Below are positions 30,738 through 40,392 of a DNA stretch of 64,000 bases, one piece after another. Source of the DNA: Chloroflexota bacterium (GTDB lineage: Bacteria > Chloroflexota > UBA11872 > VXOZ01); assembly GCA_964291655.2 (NCBI GenBank), contig OZ219802.1, forward strand, positions 128,001-192,000. The letters are read 5' to 3'. Numbering within the stretch: position 1 is the first letter of the stretch; the number at the start of each line of letters is the position of its first letter. The translations under genes and the position numbers were made by a program. The notes beneath the pieces are model-generated. The model searched no databases and was not told the DNA's origin. It saw nothing but the letters and a program-made list of their open reading frames with translations.

Positions 30738-31562
30738 ATGGCCACATTTCAATTGCCGGTGCGCTCCTATCGGGTCTACCCGCTGCCCGGTCAGGCGTAC
30801 GACGACCACAATTACGGCCACGTGCACAAGTCCGTAGAGCTTGATACCTCTAACACAGCCGTAGTCGCCATAGATATGTGGAACCTCGGCGGCGACGGCG
30901 AACCCATCATTCCCGGCGTGGACAAATACTGGGAGTACAACTACATGGGCGGGCACGGCGTGGCCAAGCGGGCAGGAACGATCATGAAAGAAGAAATTGT
31001 TCCCGTGCTGGCAGCGGCGCGCGAGGCCGGCGTGCCGGTAATTCACAACGAACCGCCCCAGATTCTCGCGCGCTATCCTTGGCATGAGCCGCCGGAACCG
31101 TCAAGAAAGTCCAATAGCGACAACCCCGACTGGCCGCCGCCTGAATTCCGCAGAGAACTGTTGGCCGAGTACTATAGCACGGTTTTTGGGCCCGGCTGTG
31201 AGGAACCATGGCGCGCCATCCGTGACAATTACGACTTTGCCGACTGCGTCAAACCGGACCCGCGCGACTTTCTATTCTCCCAGCCTCAACAAATAGAGCG
31301 TTTCCTCAAAGAACGCAAGATACTCAATCTCGTCTACGTAGGTTTCCTTTTGAACTTCTGCCTGCTCATGAAGCCCGGCGGCATCCTGCAGACCCGCAAC
31401 CGCTACCGCGCCATTGTACTGCGGGACTGTACCGCAGCCTCGGAGACGGCGTGGTCTACCGACGAGAACCTGATAACCAAGGCATTCATCCACTGGTTGG
31501 AGATTGGCGGTGCGCCCACCGCCACTGGTGAAGATTTCAGAGAGGCACTCTCACCCAAATAG
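30738..31562 (+). CDS. Isochorismatase/cysteine hydrolase family protein
   Basis: TAVVAIDMW, AAAREAGVPVIH, LVYVGFLLNFCL (catalytic Cys), IVLRDCT. Confidence 0.82.
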   Translation: MATFQLPVRSYRVYPLPGQAYDDHNYGHVHKSVELDTSNTAVVAIDMWNLGGDGEPIIPGVDKYWEYNYMGGHGVAKRAGTIMKEEIVPVLAAAREAGVPVIHNEPPQILARYPWHEPPEPSRKSNSDNPDWPPPEFRRELLAEYYSTVFGPGCEEPWRAIRDNYDFADCVKPDPRDFLFSQPQQIERFLKERKILNLVYVGFLLNFCLLMKPGGILQTRNRYRAIVLRDCTAASETAWSTDENLITKAFIHWLEIGGAPTATGEDFREALSPK

Positions 31563-31656
31563 ACATGCTTTGAAACGGAAGGGGGTTGTAAGTGCAATCG
31601 CTTCAGAGAGTGCATGGGGAACAGTCTGATGCAAGGAATGTCTCAGGAGGATAGAC

Positions 31657-33087
31657 ATGAGTACTACACTCAGTAGTCTGAGTCGACGACGCTTTCTCGC
31701 CGCAGCAGTAGGCCTCAGCGGAGCCAGTCTCTTGGCCGCCTGTGGCGTGGTCCAGGCTCCGGCCGCAGCACCGGAAGCCGATGAGGCGCCGCAGGCTGAA
31801 GAAGCCCCCACGATGGAGGCCGCAACTATCAACGTGCGCTGGATTGTCAACGTCGCGGAGAACGCGCAAGCCTTTGAGGACGGGGTCATTAACCGGTTCA
31901 GGGAAATGCACCCCGACATTGACCTCAATTACGAGGCCTCACCTTACGGAGCGCATTATGAGAAGATGCTGGCCGAACTGGCCGCCAATGAGGCGATTGA
32001 CATTCTCACCCCCGACCCCACCCGGTGGATTGAGTGGACGGACAAAGGGTTTGTGCGGGAAGTCACCGACCTCTACAAGCGCGACCAGAGTCAACTCGGA
32101 GACACCGTAGCGCTTGATTGGATCATTGACCCGCAGGGGCGCTTCTGGTCCATGCCCTATACGGCGCTCGGCACCATCCATATCTACAATACCTCCATCT
32201 TCGACAAGTATGGAATCAGCGGGCCGCCAAGGCAATGGAATCCCTCCGGCGGCGGCGAGTATCTGGACGTCGCTCGGGAGATAACGAGTAGGTCCAGCAG
32301 CGAACCAGACCCGATTTGGGGGATTTACACAGGCGCTGACTACACGACCGAAATGAGTACCTACATCGTTCAGAACGGCGCCAATTTCCTCTCCGACGAC
32401 CTGACGCGGGCCACCATGCACGAGCCTGAGTTCATCGAGGCCATACAGTTCATGTATGACCTGGAGTTCAAGTACCGTGTGGCCCCGACCGCTGAAGCGA
32501 AGGCTGCGTTCCAAGAGACCTTGGGCGAGGGCCGGCACCGCGACGCGCTGTTCGTGCACGGGCGCGCGGCGATGAACAATACCTGGTTCAACGCCGAGAG
32601 CGGGTGGACCCACCCGGACGTGGATAACTTGCCCATGAAGGCGGTGCCCATGCTGGAGAACAGCAAGGGAGGGCCAACTTCCGATAAGGTTGCCGGTTGG
32701 ACGGCGGTCCAGTACATGTGGTCCGGCGCTAAGCACCCGGATGCAGTGTGGGAGTTCATGAAGTTCGCCATGTCGGACATCGAGTTCGGTGTGGCGGTGA
32801 CGACGCTGCTCAACTACGGTCTGTCGGCGAATGCAAATGCGTGGGACGATCCCCGTCTGGTGGCGACTAAGACCCGTCCGCCCCGCGAGATAGACTCCAT
32901 TGCCACGCCGCTCCGTGAAGGCCGCGGCTTTATCACCCAAATCTTCCCCGGTTGGCGGGAACACCTGGGCTTCTTCAATGAACAGAAAAGTCTGGTGTGG
33001 AAGCAGGAGCTCACCGTTGAGGAAGCCATGCAGAACGCCAGCAAACACACGCAGGCGGTGATTGACGAGTATTGGGCCAATAAGTAG
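31657..33087 (+). CDS. Tat lipoprotein, family-1 (sugar-type) ABC extracellular solute-binding protein (paralog 1)
   Basis: SRRRFL, LAAC lipobox, F.EMHPDI, MPY, IYN..IFDK.GI, KHPD..WEFMKF. Confidence 0.9.
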   Translation: MSTTLSSLSRRRFLAAAVGLSGASLLAACGVVQAPAAAPEADEAPQAEEAPTMEAATINVRWIVNVAENAQAFEDGVINRFREMHPDIDLNYEASPYGAHYEKMLAELAANEAIDILTPDPTRWIEWTDKGFVREVTDLYKRDQSQLGDTVALDWIIDPQGRFWSMPYTALGTIHIYNTSIFDKYGISGPPRQWNPSGGGEYLDVAREITSRSSSEPDPIWGIYTGADYTTEMSTYIVQNGANFLSDDLTRATMHEPEFIEAIQFMYDLEFKYRVAPTAEAKAAFQETLGEGRHRDALFVHGRAAMNNTWFNAESGWTHPDVDNLPMKAVPMLENSKGGPTSDKVAGWTAVQYMWSGAKHPDAVWEFMKFAMSDIEFGVAVTTLLNYGLSANANAWDDPRLVATKTRPPREIDSIATPLREGRGFITQIFPGWREHLGFFNEQKSLVWKQELTVEEAMQNASKHTQAVIDEYWANK

Positions 33088-33104
33088 TAGAGAATTGTCA
33101 AGAG

Positions 33105-33160
33105 GACGATTGGCATCAGCCTTCGCTTGTATTACAATGCAATCGGGGATGTCAATCGTC
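33105..33160 (+). other. Long stem-loop between the two binding-protein genes
   Basis: GACGATTGGCATC...GATGTCAATCGTC 13-bp stem (one G-U) enclosing TTGTATT/AATGCAA. A second hairpin GCCCATAG...CTATGGGC lies at 33220-33250. Confidence 0.55.
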
Positions 33161-33291
33161 TGCCTTGGACGGCGGACGCTGGCTTGAGAGGAGGTAAGAG
33201 GAGCCGTGAGGTAATTTACGCCCATAGTTGTCGAGGGTTGCGCTATGGGCACACGAATATTGTATTGATTAGAGGACGGAGGCAGCAGAAA

Positions 33292-34728
33292 ATGACTGAA
33301 CAACGAACTCTAATGACGCGTCGAGGGCTCTTGGCAACGACAGGGGGCATGGGCTCCCTGGCAGTACTGGCCGCCTGCGGTCAGGTGCAGGCGCCGGCGG
33401 CGATGCCTGAAGCAAGCGACGATGCGCCGCAGTCCGACGACATGCCCCAGATGGAAGAGGCAACCGTCAACGTTAACTGGGTCGTGAACATCGCCGAGAA
33501 CGCCGGGGCTTTCGAGGACCTCGTGCTCGGCCCGTTCAAGGAACTGCACCCCAACATCACGGTCAATTGGCAGTCCTTGGGCTACCGGAACCTCATGGAA
33601 AAGCAGGTTGTAGAACTTGCTGCCGGATCGTCTCCGGACATCCTGGGTCCAGAACCTACCCGCTACCCTCAGTATCGGGACGCAGGTTACGTGACAGACC
33701 TCACACCCTTTGTCCAGCGCGATGCGGCAGTGCTCGCAGACGTAGTAGGTATCGACTGGCTGCAGGATCCGGAAGGCAAACTGTGGACGTTCCCGTACGG
33801 CGTGCTGGCAACCATTCAGATCTACAACACGGCCATTCTCGATAAGTTCGGCATCAACGAACCGCCGAAAACCTGGAATCCAAGCGATGGCGGCGAGCTG
33901 CTGGAGACGGCGCAGGAAATCACGCAGCGCTCCAGCGCCGATCAGGAGCCGATCTGGGGATTCTGGAGCCGCAACGACTCCACGACCGAAGTGCCAACGA
34001 TGCTGATCCAGAACGGCACAAACTTCGTGACCGACGACTATGCCCGCTTCCGGCTGCACGAACCTGAATTCATCGATGTCATTCAGTTTCTCTATGACCT
34101 CGAGTTCAAGTACCGCGTGAAGCCGACCTCGGATGACATTGGTGCTCTCAATGAGACCATTCCGGAAGGGCAGCGGCGTGATTCACCGTTTACCCAGCAG
34201 CGGGCGGCGGTGTACCATACCTGGTTCAATGCCGAGTCTGCCTGGAACGTGCCGGGCGTTGAGGAACTGCCGGTCAAGGCGCGGCGCTTCCCGGCCCACA
34301 CCGTGCAGAGCGAAAACTCGAACGCCGTGGGCAGCTACACGCCGGTGCAGTACATGTGGTCCGGCACCAAGCATCCGGACGCCACCTGGGAACTGATGAA
34401 GTTCCTCAGCACCGATCTTGAGGTGCAGGTAGGCGTCACCACACTGCTGAACTACGGCATGCCCGTGGTCAGAGCGGCGTGGGATGACCCGCGCCTGGCG
34501 GAACAGAAGGCGCGTCCGCCGCGCGAATTGACCCCGATTACGGAGCCGATTGGCGAGGGCAACGGCTTCATGACACAGCTCTACCCCAACTATGGGGAGA
34601 TCCGTGGTGTCTACTTGGACCACATGCGCATGGTGTGGAATCAGGAGATGACTGTCGCGGACGCCATGCAGAGCGCCGGCAAGATCATGCAAGCCATGAT
34701 CGACGAGTATTACGCCAATAAGAGTTGA
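33292..34728 (+). CDS. Tat lipoprotein, family-1 ABC extracellular solute-binding protein (paralog 2)
   Basis: TRRGLL, LAAC. Extensive identity with paralog 1 (YDLEFKYRV, TWFNAES, VQYMWSG, VTTLLNYG). Start at ATG 33292 after GGAGG. Confidence 0.9.
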   Translation: MTEQRTLMTRRGLLATTGGMGSLAVLAACGQVQAPAAMPEASDDAPQSDDMPQMEEATVNVNWVVNIAENAGAFEDLVLGPFKELHPNITVNWQSLGYRNLMEKQVVELAAGSSPDILGPEPTRYPQYRDAGYVTDLTPFVQRDAAVLADVVGIDWLQDPEGKLWTFPYGVLATIQIYNTAILDKFGINEPPKTWNPSDGGELLETAQEITQRSSADQEPIWGFWSRNDSTTEVPTMLIQNGTNFVTDDYARFRLHEPEFIDVIQFLYDLEFKYRVKPTSDDIGALNETIPEGQRRDSPFTQQRAAVYHTWFNAESAWNVPGVEELPVKARRFPAHTVQSENSNAVGSYTPVQYMWSGTKHPDATWELMKFLSTDLEVQVGVTTLLNYGMPVVRAAWDDPRLAEQKARPPRELTPITEPIGEGNGFMTQLYPNYGEIRGVYLDHMRMVWNQEMTVADAMQSAGKIMQAMIDEYYANKS

Positions 34729-34760
34729 GCATACCTTCTTTTCGTGTAGTCTTGGTCAGA

Positions 34761-34792
34761 CATTCGCCCCCTCCAAAACGAGGGGGCGAATG
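34761..34792. terminator. Perfect 13-bp hairpin after binding protein 2
   Basis: CATTCGCCCCCTC-CAAAAC-GAGGGGGCGAATG. Confidence 0.6.
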
Positions 34793-34840
34793 CTCATTGC
34801 AGCGACAAACGGGCACTTGCAGTTTTCCCAATTCAATTGG

Positions 34841-34929
34841 GCTTCCTCACCTTATGTCACTTGCGCTTCCTCACTTGATGTCATTCGCGCTTCCTCACTT
34901 AATGTCATTTCGAGCGTAGCGAGAAATCT
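34841..34929 (+). repeat. Three 24-bp tandem repeats ending in a REP-like element
   Basis: GCTTCCTCACyTnATGTCAyT... starts at 34841, 34865 and 34889. The third copy continues as TGTCATTTCGAGCGTAGCGAGAAATCT. Confidence 0.85.
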
Positions 34930-34964
34930 AGAGTCAGACCACAAGCAATCCAAGGAGCAGTTCA

Positions 34965-35360
34965 ATGAAAAGAGAAACAGTTCTCGGCGCGGGCGTGTGC
35001 CCGCCCTTCAGCAACTTTTCCCAGGGCCTCATGATCGATGGCATAAGGCGCGTCCTCTTCATCGCCGGACAGTTTCCGCTCGACGAAAACGGAGAACTCG
35101 TAGGCAAGGGTGACATCGAGGCGCAGGCGCGCAAGGTCTATGCCAACATCGAGGCGCTGTGCGAAGCGGCGGGCGGCTCACTAGCCAACGTGGCGCACCT
35201 CAACATGTACGTAACCGACATCCGCTTCCGCGCCGTCGTCACCGGTATCCGCAATGAGATCTTCGAGCCCCCATATCCCACTGCCACCATGGTGCAGATC
35301 GGCTCGCTCTCAGGTGAGGACTGGTTGGTGGAGATAGACGCAATCGCGGTGTTTGACTAG
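34965..35360 (+). CDS. RidA/YjgF family protein
   Basis: FSQG, LFIAGQ, GDIEAQAR.VY.NI, GGSL.NV, P.ATMVQI..L, LVEIDAIA. Confidence 0.9.
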   Translation: MKRETVLGAGVCPPFSNFSQGLMIDGIRRVLFIAGQFPLDENGELVGKGDIEAQARKVYANIEALCEAAGGSLANVAHLNMYVTDIRFRAVVTGIRNEIFEPPYPTATMVQIGSLSGEDWLVEIDAIAVFD

Positions 35361-36267
35361 AAGATTGCGTTCTGCCTACCGAACTCAATTGAGAAGAGGC
35401 AATGCTTCGAGGAATGCCATGCGTTGCAAGGACTCATGCTCTGCGCGGAAGTGCTCTTCGAAATCTGACGCGCGATTGCATACCCGCCGGCCTCGGAGCC
35501 GAACCGATTCTCTCAGTTTTCAGTAATTCACTACTCGAACGATTAGTGAATTATCCCGAGTTCCCCCAATTTTACAGCCCAATTAAAGGGCTTGGCTTTG
35601 GACTGTCACGGGGAGAACTGTGCCTTAAGCTAGCCACACGCGCAGATGCGGTAGTCCAGGAAGTTCTATAGCGCGTAGTCTTTACTTTACAAAATCAATT
35701 GTCGGGTAAGACACTTCTTTTTCATGAGGTGCTATAATAGGTTGGAAAGTGAGGAATCCACGTAGCCTCAATGATGAGGAATGTCAACATGACGTGGCAG
35801 GTTCGGAATACCTTGCTTTCAATTACGAGCAGCCAGAGAGACCGCACCGCTGGTGATCCCAGCGTACCCCCAAGTCCGCTTGCAGCATTGCTTGCGCTGC
35901 AGTTCACCACGTGTCGGTTGATCTCTACGAATGACGCACCTGCGGATTCCCTGGTAAGAGACCAACTTTTCGATAAATTGGGCGCCGGTGGCCTTCTCTT
36001 GCCAACTTCCCCAAGAACCCCCTTTTCGGTACCTATCAGCTCCAGATTACTTGGAATTTCTGCACAGAAACTGATAGGTGGAAGACTCTCAGCACAGTCC
36101 TGCAGCGAAACACCTCACAATGCTCGGTACAACGCACTTGAATCAAATGTGAAGTCGATACGATGCATGCCGTCGGGCAAAGTCATACAGTTGCGGAGTC
36201 ATTCAACTTAGTTGTGCGTAGGTTGCCATGGACATAGAAGACCTAGAATCCACTTTGGAGTCCTAGC

Positions 36268-38091
36268 ATGCCGATGCAATCGCGTTACGCATGGAAAGCT
36301 AGTTCTCGCAGTATTTCCCGGCGGCTGGTCCTGAAAGTCGCTGCTGTACCCGTTGTGGGCATGGCAACCGGGTCGGCCTATGGCGTGATTCGCTCTCAAT
36401 TAGGCAGATACGCGTTGCCTGGGACATTCATCGGTTCTGTAGACATTTCCGGAATGTCGGTCGATGAGGCAAGCGCGCAAGTCGAGGCTCAGTGGCAAGG
36501 CTATCTGCGCAACCCAGTGGTTTTCGGCCATGAAGAAGCCACTTGGGCGCCCTCAGCAACGGAAATTGGACTCATCGTGCAGATCAAGAAGGCAATTCGC
36601 ACCGCATTCGCATTAGAACGGCGGCGCATGTGGCTGTGGTTCTTGGGATTGAGCTCACGCAACCAGGTAGATCTGCCAATCTTCTTGGATTCTACGGTAG
36701 CCTTAGGATTCCTGGGTGCGGTTGCAAGTCATATAGACCGACCGCCCATCAACTCTCTGCTGGAACGCCAGGCCGATCGTGTCCGTGTTGTCCCCGGCGC
36801 CGAAGGCAAGCGGCTAGACCGTGAAGCTACGCTTGGCTTGATGAAGCTGCCCACAGACCCACCGCAGCTCCAGGTAATAGAATTGCCTGTCGTATCACTA
36901 ACGCCACCGATCACCTTACAAATGGCAGAAAGAACAAAGTCAGTCTTTGAAAAGCTCGTTACCCAAGGTTTGCGATTTGAGCTTGATGGAGATGGTTGGG
37001 AAGTGCCGGGGAGCATGCTAAAGTCCTGGATACAAATCTATCAAGACCCGGAGCAGGGCCGTTTGGCGATCATGGGTGAGCAGGAGATGCTACAGAACTG
37101 GTTAGCCCGAGTTGCCGTCGAGGCTACTCGGCCTCCATTGAACGCCCGATTTACCGTCCGGGAGAAGCGTGTGCACCTGGACGTGCCTGCCAAGCAAGGC
37201 TATCAGACCGACTCAGATGTCCTCATTGCCACAGCACAGGCCGCCATCGAGCAAGGCGTAACGGCCCTCTATCTCCCCGCTGAGGTACGAGAACCGGTCT
37301 ATACCGCGGACAACATGCATAATTGGGGCTTCGAGGAAGTCATTGCTGAGGGCACCTCATTGTTCGCCGGTTCGCCGCCTGAGCGCGCCCACAACATTGC
37401 CTTGGCAGCGTCGAAGCTTCATGGCTATGTGATCCCACCTGGAGAGACGTTCTCCTTCCTGAGCGTACTCGGGCCGATCACGCGTGGGGGCGGCTACCAG
37501 TCCAGCCTGATAATTTTTGGCGATCAGACAGTTCCGGGTGTCGGCGGGGGGGTGTGTCAGGTATCCACAACCATGTTCCGGGCGGCATTCTGGGCCGGAC
37601 TGCCAATCACGGAACGCAATCAACACTCTTACAGAGTTGGATACTATGAGCGAGACGGGAGCCCGCCGGGCTTCGATGCCGCAGTCTATGACCCGGGTGT
37701 CGATCTCAAGTTTGTCAACGATTCGGAACACCCCATCCTCATCCAAACGCATGTTGACAAAGAAGCCATGGAGCTCAAGTTTGTTTTCCATGGTCGCAGT
37801 CCTGATCGGTGGGTGCGCATGCTTCCCGCTGTCGCCAAGAACTGGGTGAAACACGGTCCACCCCTGCCGGACAAAGTAGACCCTGATCTCCCGCTGGGCG
37901 AACGCTTGCAGGTGGAATGGGCGGTGGACGGCGTAGATGCCGAGATACATCGAGAAATTGTGGTAGCCGGAGATTCCCAGTACGATCAATTTCGCAGCCG
38001 CTACCGGCCGTGGCGGGAGCGCTGGCTCGTTGGCACGAAGATTGTGCCGCCGGGGGAACAACCGGATTCTGCTCCACAACTGCCGGGATAA
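36268..38091 (+). CDS. VanW-family protein with PG_binding_4-like regions (YoaR-like)
   Basis: R.HNI.LAA.KL.G.VIPPGETFSF...LGP, GGGVCQVSTTMFRAA, ER..HSY, DA.VY...DLKF.N. Confidence 0.9.
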   Translation: MPMQSRYAWKASSRSISRRLVLKVAAVPVVGMATGSAYGVIRSQLGRYALPGTFIGSVDISGMSVDEASAQVEAQWQGYLRNPVVFGHEEATWAPSATEIGLIVQIKKAIRTAFALERRRMWLWFLGLSSRNQVDLPIFLDSTVALGFLGAVASHIDRPPINSLLERQADRVRVVPGAEGKRLDREATLGLMKLPTDPPQLQVIELPVVSLTPPITLQMAERTKSVFEKLVTQGLRFELDGDGWEVPGSMLKSWIQIYQDPEQGRLAIMGEQEMLQNWLARVAVEATRPPLNARFTVREKRVHLDVPAKQGYQTDSDVLIATAQAAIEQGVTALYLPAEVREPVYTADNMHNWGFEEVIAEGTSLFAGSPPERAHNIALAASKLHGYVIPPGETFSFLSVLGPITRGGGYQSSLIIFGDQTVPGVGGGVCQVSTTMFRAAFWAGLPITERNQHSYRVGYYERDGSPPGFDAAVYDPGVDLKFVNDSEHPILIQTHVDKEAMELKFVFHGRSPDRWVRMLPAVAKNWVKHGPPLPDKVDPDLPLGERLQVEWAVDGVDAEIHREIVVAGDSQYDQFRSRYRPWRERWLVGTKIVPPGEQPDSAPQLPG

Positions 38092-38626
38092 GCAAATAGC
38101 CTCACCGCACCTGCGCCTGGATGTGCCACTCGATCCCCGCAGCCATTCACTGAACCAATGGTGAGTAGGTGCGGGATTTTCCATTCGCCGCACCACAACG
38201 GCTGTCTACGAGGTTAGCCCTTTCCGTCCACTCTGGGCTCAGCCAACTCTTCCTTGCAAAGTGCGACACTCAGTTGCATTACGACTCTTCTAGGCGTAGA
38301 TGGCCAGTATGAATTCTGCAATAACCTTCACGGCTCTTCGCACGCCAAGTCGTTGACGTGGGGAGTTTGACGACTCTCCACGACTGGACTTGTAGTAACA
38401 GCTGCCGCATTGCCCGTGTGTACGAGCTTACAAAGTGGGCCTTGTATGGGCAAAGTCTTGGGCGCCAAGGTCCCTCATTCATGTACAATCTCGTCGCAGC
38501 AAGAGTGAATGTGGTCGTCATTTGATTCTGACCGAATTGGCAGCACGCCTCATTCAAACAGTTGACGGATTAGTCGGGAGAATATTCGCCCAGGCGCGGC
38601 GTTAATTGGTTGCGTGTGCCAGAAGC

Positions 38627-38644
38627 TTGTGATATGTTTCACGT
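38627..38644 (+). promoter_or_regulatory. Rex operator upstream of rex-nuo, overlapping a putative -10
   Basis: TTGTGAT-ATGT-TTCACGT versus consensus TTGTGAA-N4-TTCACAA. Putative promoter TTGCGT-17nt-TATGTT. Flanked by the inverted repeat CAGAAGCTT/AAGCTTCTG. Confidence 0.75.
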
Positions 38645-38673
38645 GGCAAAAGCTTCTGATATGAGGAGCGCCA

Positions 38674-39351
38674 ATGTCTGGGTCGCCGAGGGGAAAAGCG
38701 CCGCAAATGGCGATTAGACGCCTCTCTATGTACTATCGTACATTGGCCGCGCTACGGGAACAGGAAGTTGAGAGCATATCCTCTGAACACCTCTCCAATC
38801 TGACTGGCTCCACTGCCGCCCAGGTCCGCCGCGATCTCGCTTACTTTGGAAACTTTGGGAGGCGCGGGGTCGGGTACGACGTACAATCGCTGCTCGTGCA
38901 CATGCAGGAAATCTTGGGAATTGGCGAAGGATGGCCCATGGCGCTCGTCGGTGTCGGCAATCTGGGCTCCGCCCTGCTGGCGTATGATGGGTTTCCACGC
39001 CAGGGCTTTCGCATTGTAGAGGCCTTCGACTCTGATCCCCGCCGGGTCGGCACTGTGATCCGCGACGTGGTCGTAAAGCCGATGGACGAGATCCGGGAGA
39101 CCGTTCAGGCGCGCAAGATCGTCATGGCGCTTTTAGCCGTGCCGGCAAAAGCCGCACAGGCAGTAACCCAACAGCTCGTCGATGCCGGCGTGCGCTGCGT
39201 GCTCAATTTCGCCCCAATCTCGCTTAAGGTGCCTCCCGACGTTTACTTGGCCAGTGTAGACCTTTCAATCGAAGTAGAGTATCTCTCATACCTGCTGAGG
39301 GAAAGTGTGGCGGAAGACCAAGCATCGGGCAGCACATGTTCAGACGATTAG
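38674..39351 (+). CDS. rex: Redox-sensing transcriptional repressor Rex
   Basis: RRLSMYYR.L, ISS..L, AAQVRRDLAYFG.FGRRGVGY, VGVGNLGSAL, LNFAP. Confidence 0.97.
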   Translation: MSGSPRGKAPQMAIRRLSMYYRTLAALREQEVESISSEHLSNLTGSTAAQVRRDLAYFGNFGRRGVGYDVQSLLVHMQEILGIGEGWPMALVGVGNLGSALLAYDGFPRQGFRIVEAFDSDPRRVGTVIRDVVVKPMDEIRETVQARKIVMALLAVPAKAAQAVTQQLVDAGVRCVLNFAPISLKVPPDVYLASVDLSIEVEYLSYLLRESVAEDQASGSTCSDD

Positions 39352-39466
39352 ACCGCGCAACCGGACTTGAGGCGCGCTGGAGTACGGTTGTAAATGGTGA
39401 ACGATTCGTCCATTATAAGACCGGAGTGCGCTGGCAACAGTCATAGAGTAGGGTAGGGCGTTAGGC

Positions 39467-39844
39467 ATGGAGTATTACGTTGGATACATCCCGTTCTTGG
39501 TGCTCTTCGTCGCTGCGTCTGCATTCGGCATCATCGCGCTGGCTCTTGCTTCCGTACTACGACCGAAATTCAAGCCGGGACCACTGCGCACAATCCCTTA
39601 CGAATCCGGGATTGGCCCCAGTGGCTTGGTGGGCGATACGCGCGGTCGTCACGGCGTGCACTTCTACTTGGTGGCGATTGTGTACGTCGTCTTCGACCTG
39701 GAGCTTGCGTTTCTCTTCCCATGGGCCGTTATCTTGGCATCGCTCGGCCTGTTTGGTCTGATTGAAATGGCGATATTCATTGCTATCTTGCTCGTGGGCT
39801 ACGTTTACGCATGGAAGAAAGGAGCGTTCGATTGGGGGTTGTAG
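39467..39844 (+). CDS. nuoA: NADH-quinone oxidoreductase subunit A
   Basis: [35 protein letters not shown]. Confidence 0.96.
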   Translation: MEYYVGYIPFLVLFVAASAFGIIALALASVLRPKFKPGPLRTIPYESGIGPSGLVGDTRGRHGVHFYLVAIVYVVFDLELAFLFPWAVILASLGLFGLIEMAIFIAILLVGYVYAWKKGAFDWGL

Positions 39845-40392
39845 AAGATACACTTACCCTGCCGACTGCGCAGACCGCTGGGCAGAAAACCGGCGCTTCC
39901 GGCTTTGTACTCGCTTCCGCTGATCAAGTCTTGAACTGGGGACGGGCAAATGCGTTGTGGCCAATGACGTTTGGCCTGGCGTGCTGCGCAATTGAGATGA
40001 TGGCGCTGTTTGCCTCACACTATGATATGGACCGCTTCGGCATGGCACCGCGGGCAACGCCGAGACAGTCCGATGTGATGATTGTGGCAGGCACGGTGAC
40101 CAAGAAGATGGCGCCCATCATTCGCAACCTTTGGGAACAAATGGCGCGGCCGTGTTGGGTGATTGCCCATGGCAATTGCGCGACGTGTGGAGGTCCGTAC
40201 CGCTCCTATAGTGTGCTCCAAGGCGTAGACCTTGCGGTTCCTGTTGACATCTACGTGCCCGGTTGTCCGCCGCGGCCGGAGGCGCTGCTTGAAGGACTGA
40301 TGTTATTGCAGCAAAAGATCAAGCAAGGCGAATGGGCAGGCTCTGAGGAAGCCCTGCTCACCGCCCGTGCCGCTGCGGCGGCCAAGGAGTGA
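39832..40392 (+). CDS. nuoB: NADH-quinone oxidoreductase subunit B
   Basis: [37 protein letters not shown]. Probable TTG start at 39832 after GGAG. Confidence 0.96.
   Translation: MGVVEDTLTLPTAQTAGQKTGASGFVLASADQVLNWGRANALWPMTFGLACCAIEMMALFASHYDMDRFGMAPRATPRQSDVMIVAGTVTKKMAPIIRNLWEQMARPCWVIAHGNCATCGGPYRSYSVLQGVDLAVPVDIYVPGCPPRPEALLEGLMLLQQKIKQGEWAGSEEALLTARAAAAAKE

Noticed and set aside
31939-33303. Long antisense ORF (454 aa) and similar shadow ORFs opposite dnaK, lon, clpC and nuo genes
   Set aside because: They lie antisense to well-supported genes in GC-rich DNA and have no motifs.
34841-34912. Possible mini-CRISPR array
   Set aside because: The repeats are contiguous with no unique spacers, and there are no cas genes in the window.
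35771-36211. 146-aa ORF upstream of the VanW gene
   Set aside because: No recognisable motif and atypical composition, so it is not supported as a CDS.
36268-38091. Vancomycin resistance locus
   Set aside because: VanW domains are widespread, and no vanHAX or vanRS genes are present.
39388-39418. Second Rex box between rex and nuoA
   Set aside because: Only one half-site (TGGTGAA or TTGTAAA) matches, which is too weak to call.
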